From Podarcis cretensis (lineage: Eukaryota): 64,000 nt of DNA. The position numbers and the translations under genes are program-made. Positions 37,303 to 50,211 of the stretch are shown one piece after another. The number at the start of each line of letters is the position of its first letter. The stretch's first letter is position 1. Location: positions 36,456,001-36,520,000 of the forward strand of contig OX638157.1 of NCBI GenBank assembly GCA_951804945.1. The letters run 5' to 3'. The notes under the pieces were generated by a model. The model was given only the letters and a program-made list of their open reading frames with translations, had not been told where the DNA came from and made no database searches.

Positions 37303-40300
37303 TGGTCCATATAAGTATAATTGGTAAAGAGAGAAGAGCCTGTTTATCTCTGTTACCTGAGAGATTTCTTCAGTAAACAGTTACGTTACTCATGTGCATG
37401 CCTTATGGGTCAAGATGAACCAGGAGAGAGGTTTGCTTAACTGTTTCTGTCTCAGTCAATTTGTCTGTTCAGAATCAACCAGAAATAACCAAGTGCTATT
37501 TTGCATGGATTTAAATGAAAGGGTGGGCTGGGGGGAGGGGAGGAGAGAGATTATAATGGCCGCTCACCCTTCTCAGGTGGGTGGCGGTTGCAGACCTTTG
37601 CCCCACCCACCATCCCCAGCAGCAGAAGCCCACTTGTGGCTGGCTATTAAGGAATGCTCTGGCCACCAGAAAGTCAAGATAAAATGGGCCAATTAGAGGC
37701 CCTGCTAGAGAGGCAAAATAACACAATTGTGTACTTCTGCCCTTATGGCCAAACACAGGGGGAAAAAACCTACAAAACCCACCCCAAAAGAGCAAAAAGC
37801 AACCATGCTGGCCCAGTAAGAAGATCTCCAAAATCCATGAGTCAAAAAAGAGCAGCTGCTTGAACCATACCAAATCTGCCTTATTTGCAACTAAGTGACT
37901 TCACATCAATGGCAATGTTTGTTCTGGTGCATTGAATAAGGATGCTAGTTTAGTATTTAAATATTAAAGACTACTTTTAAAGGAGAAAAAATGGTTCAGA
38001 GGCAAATAGCTTCATTCATGTAATGCTTTATTTTCATAACGCAGTTTAAAGCAAGTACATTTTTTGCACCAGAAACATTATCCCTACTTCCTTGTACATG
38101 CATTCATCATATTCATAAAAAACCTCATTCATAACACAGAAAGTGCAACTTTCATTCATGTAAACTTTTCTTTACAGTTATCCATAGTTTTAGAAGTCAT
38201 TTGTAAAATCTATGGATGTCAATAAGGCTCATCGTTCTAGTAACTTATTTTATGTCATCAAGTACTCAGTACGGCATACATGTTAAAATAGTACGGAATT
38301 GCCTGTCAATTGTATGCAGGTCTCTTATCACACCACAAAATGTGGTCTCATCTGAGGAGTAAAGAGCTACCACACCAGGCCACACAGAAACATCTGGATC
38401 CATAGTTTCAAATAAACCAGGAGCGTTTCTTTTTGCAAGAAGCTTAAAGTGAGTAGCAGCTATTTTGAAAACAACATTTAGTTATAATACAATACAAAAA
38501 TTTCACACATCATACAGGAATATAGAGAGAATAATTTTTGAAACACATTTCATAAAGCAAAACAGATCCTAATTGAAAACTGTGAGAAGGCAGTCCTCTT
38601 TTGCAGGACTGTAGAAATTAATGTTCTATTGCAGGTGTGGATCCATCTTGGAAAATGCATATTTCAATATGACAGCTATGCCAAAATGGCAGCTCTCTCA
38701 TTTCTGTATATAAATATCTATATATCATATATGGGAATTTGTGTAGCTGAGGTCAATATATTAGTATGGAAACTTTAAATGCACAACAATAAACAGAAGT
38801 GGATCTACATATTGTTCTGTAATGTATACTATTTCAATATAAACAAGCTACACACTAGCAGAGTTTATATGCACCACTAAGCTGTAATTTGTTTAGCTTA
38901 ATTGTACTTTGTACCTCTAAACACACCCCAGTCAATAAACCTGAATATGAAATCATGGTTTAGCAAATCTCATCTTCTGCTGACTGATTTTACATGACAT
39001 CAAAACCCACTATCCTGGTTTAATTATGGTTTGTTTTGGCACATAACCCCACACACTTGCCTTGCCACAAAAGCACAAGGCAAGGTCAGCACCAGCAGCC
39101 AACTTCTCATCAGCAAGACACAGCCGGATCTGTTGAACAAACCATGGTTAAAATAGACAATGGCTTAACATTATGTGCAAAAACAACCTAAGTTACTGTT
39201 GGCTTCAGTTTACTAAAATGGAAATTTAAAGATTGACAGAGGACAGAGTAATCCAAACCCCCAATCTGTCCTTGCACCTAGCCCTGCCCCACCAGCCTCT
39301 ACCAGTGGGGGACATTTGCCATAGACAGTAAGGAGTGCTCTGGTGTGCCTGCCCAAGTGGTTGGCAGGCAGTAACTACCTCGAGTATTATTGCTGCTGAT
39401 AATAGACAGAACTCCCCCAAATGGGATGTCTCTGGAAGGGCTGGGCCAGCATAGCACCTGCTGGCTCTGGTGTGGACCCTGCTGCCTTCATATGATGGTG
39501 ACAGGCCCAGTCCAGGTATCTTCAGCGCAACAACATGGGAGCAAAAGGGCATTTTTCTCTTTCCTCCCTCCCCACCATAACTTTTGTCTCAGTCAGTTCA
39601 AGTGCTGTTAAAGGCGGCATTGGTTGCACTGCTGCATCAAGCCCTGTCATTGCTGACTAGCGGGGCAGGATCGCACCCTAAATCATTTAAAGCTGTAACT
39701 GGTTGGCAGGTGGGTGTGGTTTTTGAAAATGGCCTCACAGGACAAACCTGGCCTGTTGGCATGAACTTTCCTACCCCTGCTGTAACAGAACTAAGCAAGC
39801 AAAGGCACTGAAGCACTTAAAAGTTCAATTCTAGTTATGACATACTGTACAGCAATACGGCAGGTGCTCTTTTAATATATACATTGAAGAGTTCAAGAAT
39901 TCTACATTCTGAAATGTTCGCCAGGTGTTAGGCTTGTGTTTACCAAGAGAGAAAACAATATCAAATTCAGTCATTTCCTTTGCAGTTTTCATATTTCAGT
40001 CTGGATTGCTTGCAATAGGTTTTCATAGTGCGTTTTTTTCCCTGGCAAGCAGAGTTCAACAGCTTGAGACATGCGCCTAGTTTCTAAAAATTGTGACTTC
40101 AGCCCGATAATAGGTTCAAAAAATCATCCCTATTCACTAGCAGAGGGAACACGCAGGCTGCAGCTATGTCCTTGCCTCCAAATAAGGCCATCTCAGTAGC
40201 AGGTCAGCATGCAGCAATTAAAACATCCTCCCAAATGGAAGAATTTGGGAATAAATATTTGGATAAATAGTGCTGCCTCATCCACAAAATGACTTGCAGA

Positions 40301-42739
40301 TTATAAAACAAACTGTACTGCAAACTGAAACCTTGTTGGTACTAAAGTTATGTGAATGCCTTATCAATGTCCATACTTTTTCCATAAGAATTTTCTTTCT
40401 ACTGACAACTGTAACACCAATTGCATCTTACAAGTGCATGGGATCTTCTTAGAGCATCACACGTATCCCTTCTGATGACTTCAATAATAGTGTGTTACAG
40501 CTATAGGACAGCTGCATTGGCATTCACTGTACATATAGCAAAATGTTTAAACCGTTTGCTACTAATGTCCCTCAGCTAAAGAACTCTTCCTGCTGAATTT
40601 GCCTGCTCCTTCATCACCTATGCAAGTTGCTCCACAAGCAAAGGCTGTGCATTCTTGCTACCTGAACACCATTGTCCACAGTAGTTATTACCTGAACATG
40701 TACAACGCAATCTACATTCCAAGTAGCTGAAATAACTCCTCTTTGTGGAAGTCCTCAAATTCTGCAAGTTCTTTGGCACAACAAACTGGAAGGACCAACA
40801 TGCTAAGTTCAGCACCAATTTGCTCCTTTGCAGCTAAGCAAACCCTTTTGTCTAGATAAAAAATTGTTAAACTGAACTATTGTGGATTTTTTTTAGGCGA
40901 GTGTGGCGTTGACTCTCATGAGAGTTTGCCACAATTGACTGCTGCTCATTAACTTTCTTTTGTGTCCAAGTTCCTTCAACTTGTTCCTTCCAGCATACCG
41001 TTTTACTTCAATGCATATTTGTGCTCCAGACTTCTTTGAAGAATTTCCCCACTCCACCACGATTTTTGCAAGTTTTGCCAATAAATGTCTCAAGATGGCA
41101 CATCAGCATTTTCAAATTCTGAGCTATAATATAACCCAAATTATAAGATGTATTATTACCATTATTTGTAAGGAAGCACAAACTGCCATCATTTGGATCC
41201 TGACATAGGATATACAATCATAATATATGGGAATCTACTACTGAAGTGTTAGCAAAAATATCTAAATCACCCCATAACTTTGACATTAAAAACTCACTTT
41301 TATGGGAAGAATGAACATACATTTTAACAACAACAAGAATCTATAGTCTGGTGTCTGCACAGCATTTGAATACCCATAGAACACTGGGAAACTGTAACAA
41401 AACTGTCATTCAACATTTAACCCTATGGCAGCTAACATTGCTAATATTCCAGAGAAATCTCCTGTTCATATACAGGGAGTACAAAGTCGAAAATCCCTTT
41501 AAAACTAAGTTCTGAAACTTATATACTTCTGTTTCCTGCAGAAAGATTGCATTGAATTTGTACAGAAAAATTTCAAATTCCAAGCCATATGACTGACTTC
41601 CAGCAAGACATATCTCAAGAGAACAAACTAAAATAATATAATACCACCAAGGAAATATACAATGGCCTATTACAAGCTTCCCCAAATGTTTTCCACTATA
41701 ATGGCTGTGCTGGCTGAGGCAGATTTATTTTTTTAACAAAATTTATACACCACTTACCCAAATAAAATTTCTAAGCGATTTATGAAGAGCAATTAAAAAG
41801 TAACTATTAGAAAGAAACATTAGAAACAAATTGAAATTAATGGAAGTTTTATTCCAAAACAACTAAAAGGCACCAAGCTGAGAAGGCTGGCTTATTAAAA
41901 TGAGCAATTACCTTTTTAATAGTCATAATCATACAAATTACAAACACTGGAAAAGTTAAAGATTTTATCTAAGTTACTGTGTATAATAGTGATTATCACT
42001 ACCCACATATTCTATACTTGATCCCAGTTTTCCAAATAGCTTGCAAAAGAAATGGGAATCATTTTAGGGTTCTCATAATTATTCAGTAATGACTTTTTAT
42101 TGGATCCTGTTTCTGAGGCATGGTAAATCCTCACCTTCTTACTCCTAATGTGGTCTATCTAAGTCTTCATCACACTTGAGTCCCCAGATTTTTGGTCTAC
42201 AGCTTCCATATCACTGACCATTGGCTAAGCTGCCTGGGTATGATGGGAGCTGTTGCCCAATAGCATCCAAGGACTGATGGTTGAAGAACTCTGGTCTGTA
42301 TAAGTTGTTCCTTATGACAATTTCCAGAATAAACTAATTTGGTGTCTTTTGCATTATGTTCCTTGGAGGATTATGTAATCAACAAGTATATTAAACACCA
42401 GTAATAAAATATGTTAAAACTGCTCACAAATGAACCTCATGAACCTCAAAATCAAAAGCCAATATACCTTCTCATATGCAATACTAAAACTTTTGGATCA
42501 AAACAGAAGAAAAGACTAGGAGGTTTGCAAGTCTGCCATCTTAGAATCCATGCATTTTCCAAAATGGCTGCATACCTGAAGCCGGCTGTAACACTGTCTA
42601 CAATCCTGCAGAAGTTGACCTTTTTATTTGCCTTCTCTTTGCCTTTTGGCACCCCAACAAATATTATTTCACTTATTGTTGACATTGGATGTTAAATAAT
42701 AGGAAGCAGAGTTTATAAGAGTCAGGGGTGTTCATATAC

Positions 42740-42745
42740 TTTATT
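42740..42745 (-). terminator. Candidate SETD7 distal polyadenylation signal; another at 38027-38032
   Basis: Minus-strand AATAAA at the end of an AU-rich, UTR-like stretch about 7.3 kb past the stop. Confidence 0.4.
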
Positions 42746-43656
42746 AACATTTGATGATAAAAATGCAAAAGCTTTATATATGTTCCTTATCACCCTGATG
42801 CCTCCTTTATTGTAAGATAAATTCTGCTTAAATTTAAATGTATTTTAAAATGTTCCATCTGCTTGTTTAAACTTCTACACTGTGCTTTCTAAAAAATAAA
42901 GTTACTAGTCTAAGTCTTCACTGCCATAAAAATAATGTGCATACAGCTATGATATATATACTTGTACAGTTAAAAAACAACACAAAAAACAAACCCAACT
43001 TCCTGCACATGATTTTATGGCTTGGATATTTCATTGCTTTTAAACTGATAATATCACAGCCCACCCACACCTCCGCATAGCAGTTTTTAAAATTACTGTA
43101 TGCTCATTTTGGTTTTTGATTAAAAAGCTTGGGACCGAGTGACCGGAGACGAAGTTGGCAAAACATGGACTTTGTACCTAGCTATACGTGCAATAAAAAT
43201 ATAAGAATGTTGTCGCACTGCAGTTTGATTGGTTACAGCCAGGGGCCACTGCAAACCACAGCACAATAGCCATTGCAGCTGCATCGGAGGGTGAGAGGAA
43301 GGGAAGCAGAGGTGGAAGCAGGCCAACCAGCAGATGGGCTAGCAGGTGGCAAGGCTAGGGGGGCAGCAAACAGGCTTCTTTCTCACACTTCCCACAGCAG
43401 ACTGGAAGAAGTGAAGGGGACAAAGAAGTGCCTTTCTTTCCTCCCCGCTGCCAGCCAATGGAGGGAGGTTGTTGAGGGAAGTGAGTGAGTGGTCCAGGTG
43501 AGTTGGGGTGTTTTGGCAAGTTGTGATTTGGGGAAGGTCTAGGGGGAAGCAGTGGGTGGCTTTGGTGAGAAGCATAGGAGCCAACTCAATTATTTACTGC
43601 ACACTGCCATTGAAATGGTGTCCGTGCACCATGTCATGTGATTGATTACGTGGGGC

Positions 43657-43905
43657 AGAAGAAGAAGAGGAGTTTGGATATGATATCCCGCTTTATCACT
43701 ACCCGAAGGAGTCTCAAAGTGGCTAACATTCTCCTTTCCCTTCCTCCCCCACAACAAACACTCTGTGAGGTGAGTGGGGCTGAGAGACTTCAGAGAAGTG
43801 TGACTAGCCCAAGGTCACCCAGCAGCTGCATGTGGAGGAGCGGAGACGCGAACCCGGTTCCCCAGATTATGAGTCTATCGCACTTAACCACTATACCACA
43901 CTGGC
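43657..43905 (-). mobile_element. Squam3-like tRNA/CORE SINE
   Basis: Minus-strand head GCCAGTGTGGTATAGTGGTTAAG...GGTTCGCGTCTCC, CORE-like GGGTGACCTTGGGCTAGTCAC, (CTT)n tail; flanking TTACGTGGG repeats at 43646-43654 and 43911-43919. Confidence 0.85.
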
Positions 43906-44027
43906 AGGGCTTACGTGGGCCTCCCAATATTTTATTCACGTTGACACCCCTGGCGAGGGGGTTTGATGGGGATGTAGGTGGGTTTGGTGAACAAAGCAAG
44001 CTTGGCCGCAGTCCCTAGCTGTCTACG

Positions 44028-44790
44028 TAAGAACGTAAACATAGAGTTGCTGGATCAGACCAAAGGTATAACTAACCCAGCATCCTGTTCTCATAGTGGC
44101 CAATCAGATGCCTTTGAGATCACATACATGGGAGGAAGCATGTTGCCTCTGACAGGTCAGGCAGAACACAGCCATTGTGACTAGCAGCCATTGATAGCCT
44201 TATCCTTCATGAATTTGTCTAACCCCCTTTTAATGCCATAGAAGTTAATGGCCACCTCTACATCTTGTGCGAGGCAATTCCATAGTTTAACTATATGCTC
44301 TGTAAAGAAGTCCTGTCTGTATTGAATCTTCAAAGTTCCAGCTTCATTGGATGGCCCCTGGTTCTAGGATTACAAGAAAGAAAAACTCCCTATCCACTTT
44401 CTCTAAGCCATGCATAATCTAATACACCTCTGCTTTGCTCTTCCCCGTTATTGGCCTGTTCTCTAAACTAAAAAAAGCCCCAAAAGGGTGTAATCTTTCC
44501 TTACAGGGGAGGTTCTCTTTTTCGAAACATCTTCCACCTCTACAGTGTTCCTTTTGAGGCAACACAGCCAGAAATGTACACGGTATTTCAAGTGTGTTCA
44601 CACCACAAATATGTAGAACAGCATTATGATATTAGCCGTTTTATTCTAACTCCTTTCTCTTATTATCCCTACCATGGAACTCACTTTCCCCCCACAGCTG
44701 CTGTCCACTGGATCACTACTGTTACTGAGCTATCTGCTTTGACCCCAAAGTCTTGTTCCTGGTTAGTTCACTGCCAGTTCAGAATGCTTC
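44028..44790 (-). mobile_element. Older CR1 LINE 3' fragment
   Basis: TAAGAAC-type tail and degenerate CR1 ORF2 C-terminal sequence. Confidence 0.7.
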
Positions 44791-45482
44791 TAAACTAGAT
44801 TAAGTTCAGAAACCTCTGTGTCAGGAGACAAAAGCAGAAGATAACCATGGTTATTGGGAAGCAAAGATGATGTTTCCATCTTGCAGCCGTTAAAAAAAAT
44901 GATTATTGGTGCTTGCTACAGAACTTTTTATGGGTATAACAAAATATTCTGTACTCTAAGATCCTAAAATAGACACATACTATTCCATTAGGAGCAGTAG
45001 GAACTATCTTCTGAATGCAGTAGATGGTGTGCATAGAAATTTCTTGGTAGAAGTCACAGGAGATACCAAGTCACAGTCTGTAAAGCAAAGGGTAGAGTTC
45101 ACTCAAGTGCTCTCTTCCCCCAATCAATATGTGAAAAATAATTTAAAAACCTTTAGCAGCTGCTACCCTCAAGCACACATAAGAACATAAGTTATCAAGT
45201 GACTGTGAGAAAAATGACCATGTTTAACTTCGTTCATGTGAAGCATCACAACGTTTAGATTACCGGTAATTCTATGCCCACTCACTTTGAACTGACTTTC
45301 CTCAACATGCAGGTAGCTCCCTGTACATATTACATACACAATTTCTGATCACTTGCAGGAGAAAAGTCTGCAGGCAAGAAGATGATTGTGTTCTATATTG
45401 AAACCCAGTAAGTTGCCTTGGACTTGGTTTTCCAAACCTAGTTCTAGCATATTTTCTCAGTTTTACTTCTGTAGGCTAACTT

Positions 45483-45820
45483 AAAGGTAAAGGTAAAGGT
45501 ACCCCTGCCCGTAGGGGCCAGTCATGTCCGACTCTGGGGTTGTGTGCCCATCTCACTTAAGAGGCCGGGGGCCAGCGCTGTCCGCAGACACTTCCGGGTC
45601 ACGTGACCAGTGTGACACACGGAAACGCCATTTACCTTCCCGCTAGTAAGCGGTCCCTATTTATCTACTTTCACCCGGGGGTGCTTTCGAACTACTAGGT
45701 TGGCAGGCGCTGGGACCGAAAGACAGGAGCGCACCCCGCCGCAGGGATTCGAACTGCTGACCTGATGATTGGCAAGTCCTAGGCGCTGAGGTTTTACCCA
45801 CAGCACCACCCGCGTCCCTC
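45483..45820 (-). mobile_element. Sauria SINE with 12-bp TSD and small internal deletion
   Basis: TSD GTAGGCTAACTT at 45471-45482 and 45821-45832. Confidence 0.93.
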
Positions 45821-48429
45821 GTAGGCTAACTTCCCACCCCCTAATTCATAAAGTTGATAGAATATGATGCACTTACAAGACAGTAGTTGATATTTCTCTC
45901 CCTCTGTTTTAAAAAAGTGAAGAACATGATTCATTGCAGGAGTCTAACAGATGCCCCTCCCAATCCACAACCCTGGACATTCTGTGCTACCTTTTTGCAA
46001 TTTGGTGCATTCACAAAAACAGTCCACCCAGAAACAAATACACACACATGCACTTTGCTGGCTACATTTTTCTCCTGTGCAGCAGCAGCAGCAGCCTCAC
46101 CATTGTGATTGGCAAAGGCACAAGGCAGGATTCTTTGAGGGCAGGAGGTCTGAAAAATGATAAACTAGCCACCTCCCCCCTGCTCCTTGCTCCATTTACT
46201 GCAAAACACAAACAATGAAGATAAAAATGGCTGCTACCATTTTCTTCAACAGTTATTGTAAGTACAAGTCAGTATATGTGGAAGAATCTATTTTTTTGTG
46301 ATTGGATATTGACAAATACCATCAAACTTTACACCTCCAACAAACACAACTATAGTCTAGTTTGGCCACTGTTAAGAGAACACAATGCTGGATGAGACAG
46401 CAAAGCAATTCTTATTAGAAAGTCACCACAACTACAGGAAGATCAGCAAAACAAACAACTTCAGTGTGTCCTGTTTTGGAAAAGTATTGTGCCAATTCCA
46501 ATACAACAGAGTGAGAATCCAAGCCACATGAAGCGCCAGAGAGTAAACACTTGTCTTGCTCTTCAGATTCAAATAATTATTTTTGTCCTTTCGTTTGTCC
46601 TTTCTCTAAGTGCTATTATTGCCAATATTGTCAAACCATGTGTTTTGTGGGGTGGGTTTTCTCTAGAAGTAACATTAATAAATTCGTCATTTTTCTGAAT
46701 GCAAAGTCAGACTGCACACAAACCACAGAAAGGGCAAGACCTCTCCGAATAGGATTCTCATATGTATGCATCAATGTATGACTAAGCCTTGCATTAAGAC
46801 AAAAGGTTAAAGCTAGCGGAGAAGGAAGCTCAACAACAGTTGTCAAGTATCCGAAAGGCTGCCATAAAGCAGAAAAATAACAATTTCACACAAAAACATG
46901 TGGGGTTCAACTTGCCGCAGAGCAGTTTCAGCTTGACTTATCAGCCAATATTTCCTATTTCTCAAAACAGGCAATGGAGCTGGCAAGACAGCTGCAGAAT
47001 TTACTTCCCTATACGGGTTTTTAAATGCAATGATGAGTATTAGTCAAATGTGGTTTATGTCTACAGAGTCACATTGCTTCAACAAGTATCAGCAGAGTTT
47101 TCCAAGGTACTGTAACTCTTTTCACAACTTTGTTGCTGCTTTTTAAAATGAAACTTGAACCAAATGGAGCTTTCCAGAATTATCCCCATCCCTCACCTTA
47201 AGAGACCATGCAGATTCTTTAGCAGAGCTTTCAACAAACTGGTAACCTCAGATGTTGTTGGACCACAACTCCGTTCAGCCCCAGCCAGTTTGGCTAATGG
47301 TCAGAAATGATGGGAGTTACATTCAAAACCATCTGAAGAACACAGGGCTGGGAAAGGCTGTTCTAGCTCAATATTCACATCTCCTAGAAAGGAACTCTCT
47401 CTTTACCAGTAAGAAAGTGCTCGGCTTAAGTGTTAGCACTTCGCATGAACAGCAAACTGCTTCTGAAGAAGAATTAAAATAAAAATCACAAGCAATACCA
47501 AAAATCATGAAGTGAAAATTAGCCGGAACATATCCCTATCTAAATAGACCACAGAGTGCATTGTAGTCATGCAGAGTTCAGGAGCACATAACAGAAAACA
47601 TTTCTTCACTACTAGAATAGTAAATCAGTAAGAATATCCAGTAGGAATCTTTCTAGCATTTCTGCATCTTAACAGACAGCATATGCACTGTGCTCCTAAG
47701 CATGTTTATTCAGAAACAAGTGAGCTCAATGGGGCTCTCTCAAAGTAGTATTTCAAAAGAAACTCCATGCAGGCAAACTCAGGAAGGATATTACAAGTAG
47801 ACCACGCCTCCTATCAGATGGAGTAATTTCACTGAAACAATACCCAAATAGTGGTCTATCAACTTGAATAGTATTTATCTACTAACAGCAATTAGTGTTG
47901 TGCTTAAGTGCTTGTGCATTTGCAAAACAGACTTTTCCTCTTCTGTTTGCACCAATTTGTAGAAGCAGCATTATAACATTTCAGCCTTTTTTCAGTTCAC
48001 TTCTATAAGTGAGGATCAGTTCAGCCTCAAAAAGCCCAGCTGAGCCAATCAAACCTCATCTGTGTCAGCTATTTGCTATAATTGAGGGAGCTAAAAAATA
48101 CATTCTATAGAGTAAAAAGCTGGGAGTGCCACCAAAGCTTCCATCCACTGCTCTTTTGCTATGAAATCACATAAACTGCTTTTGATTTACTCATTTAGAA
48201 AACAAATCTAAAAAACAGTCAAACTTAGTAAATTGCCCAAAACATTTTGGAGGAAACCATCCTTGTTTAGTTTGGTAAGGAAAAACTTACTAGACCCTCT
48301 GAGAAAGGTTTCTACCAATGTGCAATTTTACTATTTTATTTTATACATTTCATTGCAATTTTGAGGCTTGCCTTTTCTTCTCTTGTATTTGGTGCTTCCC
48401 GTTCTTTTCCCCTCTCTCTATAAGCGGAT

Positions 48430-48649
48430 AGTCAAAACAAAATTAAAAAATTCCTTCCAGTAGCACCTTAAAGACCAACTAAGTTAGTTCTTGGTATGAG
48501 CTTTCGTGTGCATGCACACTTCTTCAGATTTTTTTATATTTTTTAAAAAATTCTTTTAATTATTTTTTTTTAAATTTTTTTTAATTTTTTAATTTTTTTA
48601 TTTTGTTTTGACTATGGCAGACCAACACAGCTACCTATCTGTAACTGGA
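48430..48649. mobile_element. Penelope-like element fragment with 13-bp TSD, containing a hammerhead ribozyme motif
   Basis: TSD TCTATAAGCGGAT at 48417-48429 and 48650-48662; inverted ends ATAGTCAAAACAAAA / TTTTGTTTTGACTAT; tagcacctt...gagctttcgtg...ttcttcaga typical of vertebrate Penelope repeats. Confidence 0.8.
48494..48530 (-). ncRNA. Minimal hammerhead ribozyme motif (Penelope-type)
   Basis: Minus strand: aU-CUGAAGA-A-GUGUGCAUGCACAC-GAAA-GC-UC-auac. Conserved core boxes with palindromic stem II; stem I truncated. Confidence 0.6.
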
Positions 48650-50030
48650 TCTATAAGCGGATGTTCAGTGTGCAGATAACGAACATACACAAGGAAATTT
48701 TCCCATAGGAGAAACTAAAAGTGTAATCCAATATATGTCTACTCAAAAGTAAGCTGCACTGAGTACAACAAGGCTTACTCCCAGATAAATAGCCACAAGA
48801 CTGCAGCCTGAGAGCCATTTCCCCCCAAAGGAGTATGTGCACATTTTTCTAGTTACAAGCATTTTTAAGCAAGTGATCCACTAACACTGCAGATACTGAT
48901 AAATCTGCTTTAAAAGGTAAGTGTCAGTATTGCAGCTGACCTGCAGGGCCTTGGAAGCTCTTTTCTTTCATTATAATATTGTGTCACCGATCACAGTTAA
49001 ATGCTAGTTAAGAAATATAAAATGTATTTATTTTCTAATTTCCAAAAAGCTATTTGACATGACATGTTCTACAGCAGAAATTGGGGTTTTTGCTATTAAC
49101 CTTTAAATTACTCATTTTCTTCCAGTTCTTTGTTTACCTATGTATCAAAATAAATCTACCCTGATGGATTCCCACCCAACCATTTAGAGACAGGAAAGGG
49201 GGTGAAAAAGAAAAGGAAAAAAGTTTAGCAAGCAAAAAAACCTCATGGTACAACCTTGATTCACTTATTTTTATGCTGATTATAATCATCCACATATCTT
49301 TATAAATTACTCTTTCACATTTCAACTTTATATTTTAAAAAGTCATCTAGAAATCACCCAGGTGCGAACATCATAATTAAAATCATACTAGCTCTGGTTT
49401 TCATAGGCACATTTCTTAAAACAGTTTGTCCGCAGAGCCATAAAAACCCACATTGCTGTTTAAACCTCTGTGCAGTCTCCTAAAAGTGTTTGTCTTTTAG
49501 CGAAACGACAGTGTTAAGAGAGAGGGAATCTACAAAGGACAGCCTTCTGTGCACCAAAGATAGAAATTGTTCTAAAGCAATATTCTCAAAGGTTTTTTGA
49601 GAGCAAAAATTATGCTCCTTTTCTAGAATATTAAAAACAGCACAATTCTATTACCATCACAAAATGGCATGTGTACAAAATGCTGCTGCACAATAACTAC
49701 TAGGTATTTTTTGGGGAGGGAGGGAGGACTCCAAACACCCTATCCCCCCCCTTCCTAGAATTTGGCAACTTTGCATATGATACAGAATGGTTGCCAAATA
49801 ATCACACTGCTTTGTATGGCATATTGAATAGTTTTTTACAACACTAGCTAAGTTTTTAAAAATTGCTTGAACTTAAAGGTTAAAACTTGTTATTAGGGAA
49901 AATAAACCCTCTCTGGCACGGAGTGAAGGGTTGCAGGACAGCCATAGAGAAACCCTGGCTGTCCTGGTTTTCAGTATCAGTATCAAGGGTAGTGCATAGA
50001 TCCATTGTGAGGAGGGAAACTGTACGTTTG

Positions 50031-50211
50031 TCACTTCTTCTGAGTAGCCTGGAAGGCTTTCAGTTCAACCTGATACCAGCCTGGAGCTTCCGGCCCATTT
50101 TGTCCAATGGGATTGTGGTCGTATCCATAAGCCACTGTTAATTCTTCATCCTTCTCAACAGCCCTAATAGTGCGGATACATTTAATCAACCCAAAACGAG
50201 GATGAACAAAC
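50031..50211 (-). CDS. SETD7: SETD7 exon 8 (last coding)
   Basis: tttctag|[32 protein letters not shown]...FQATQKK*. Confidence 0.95.
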
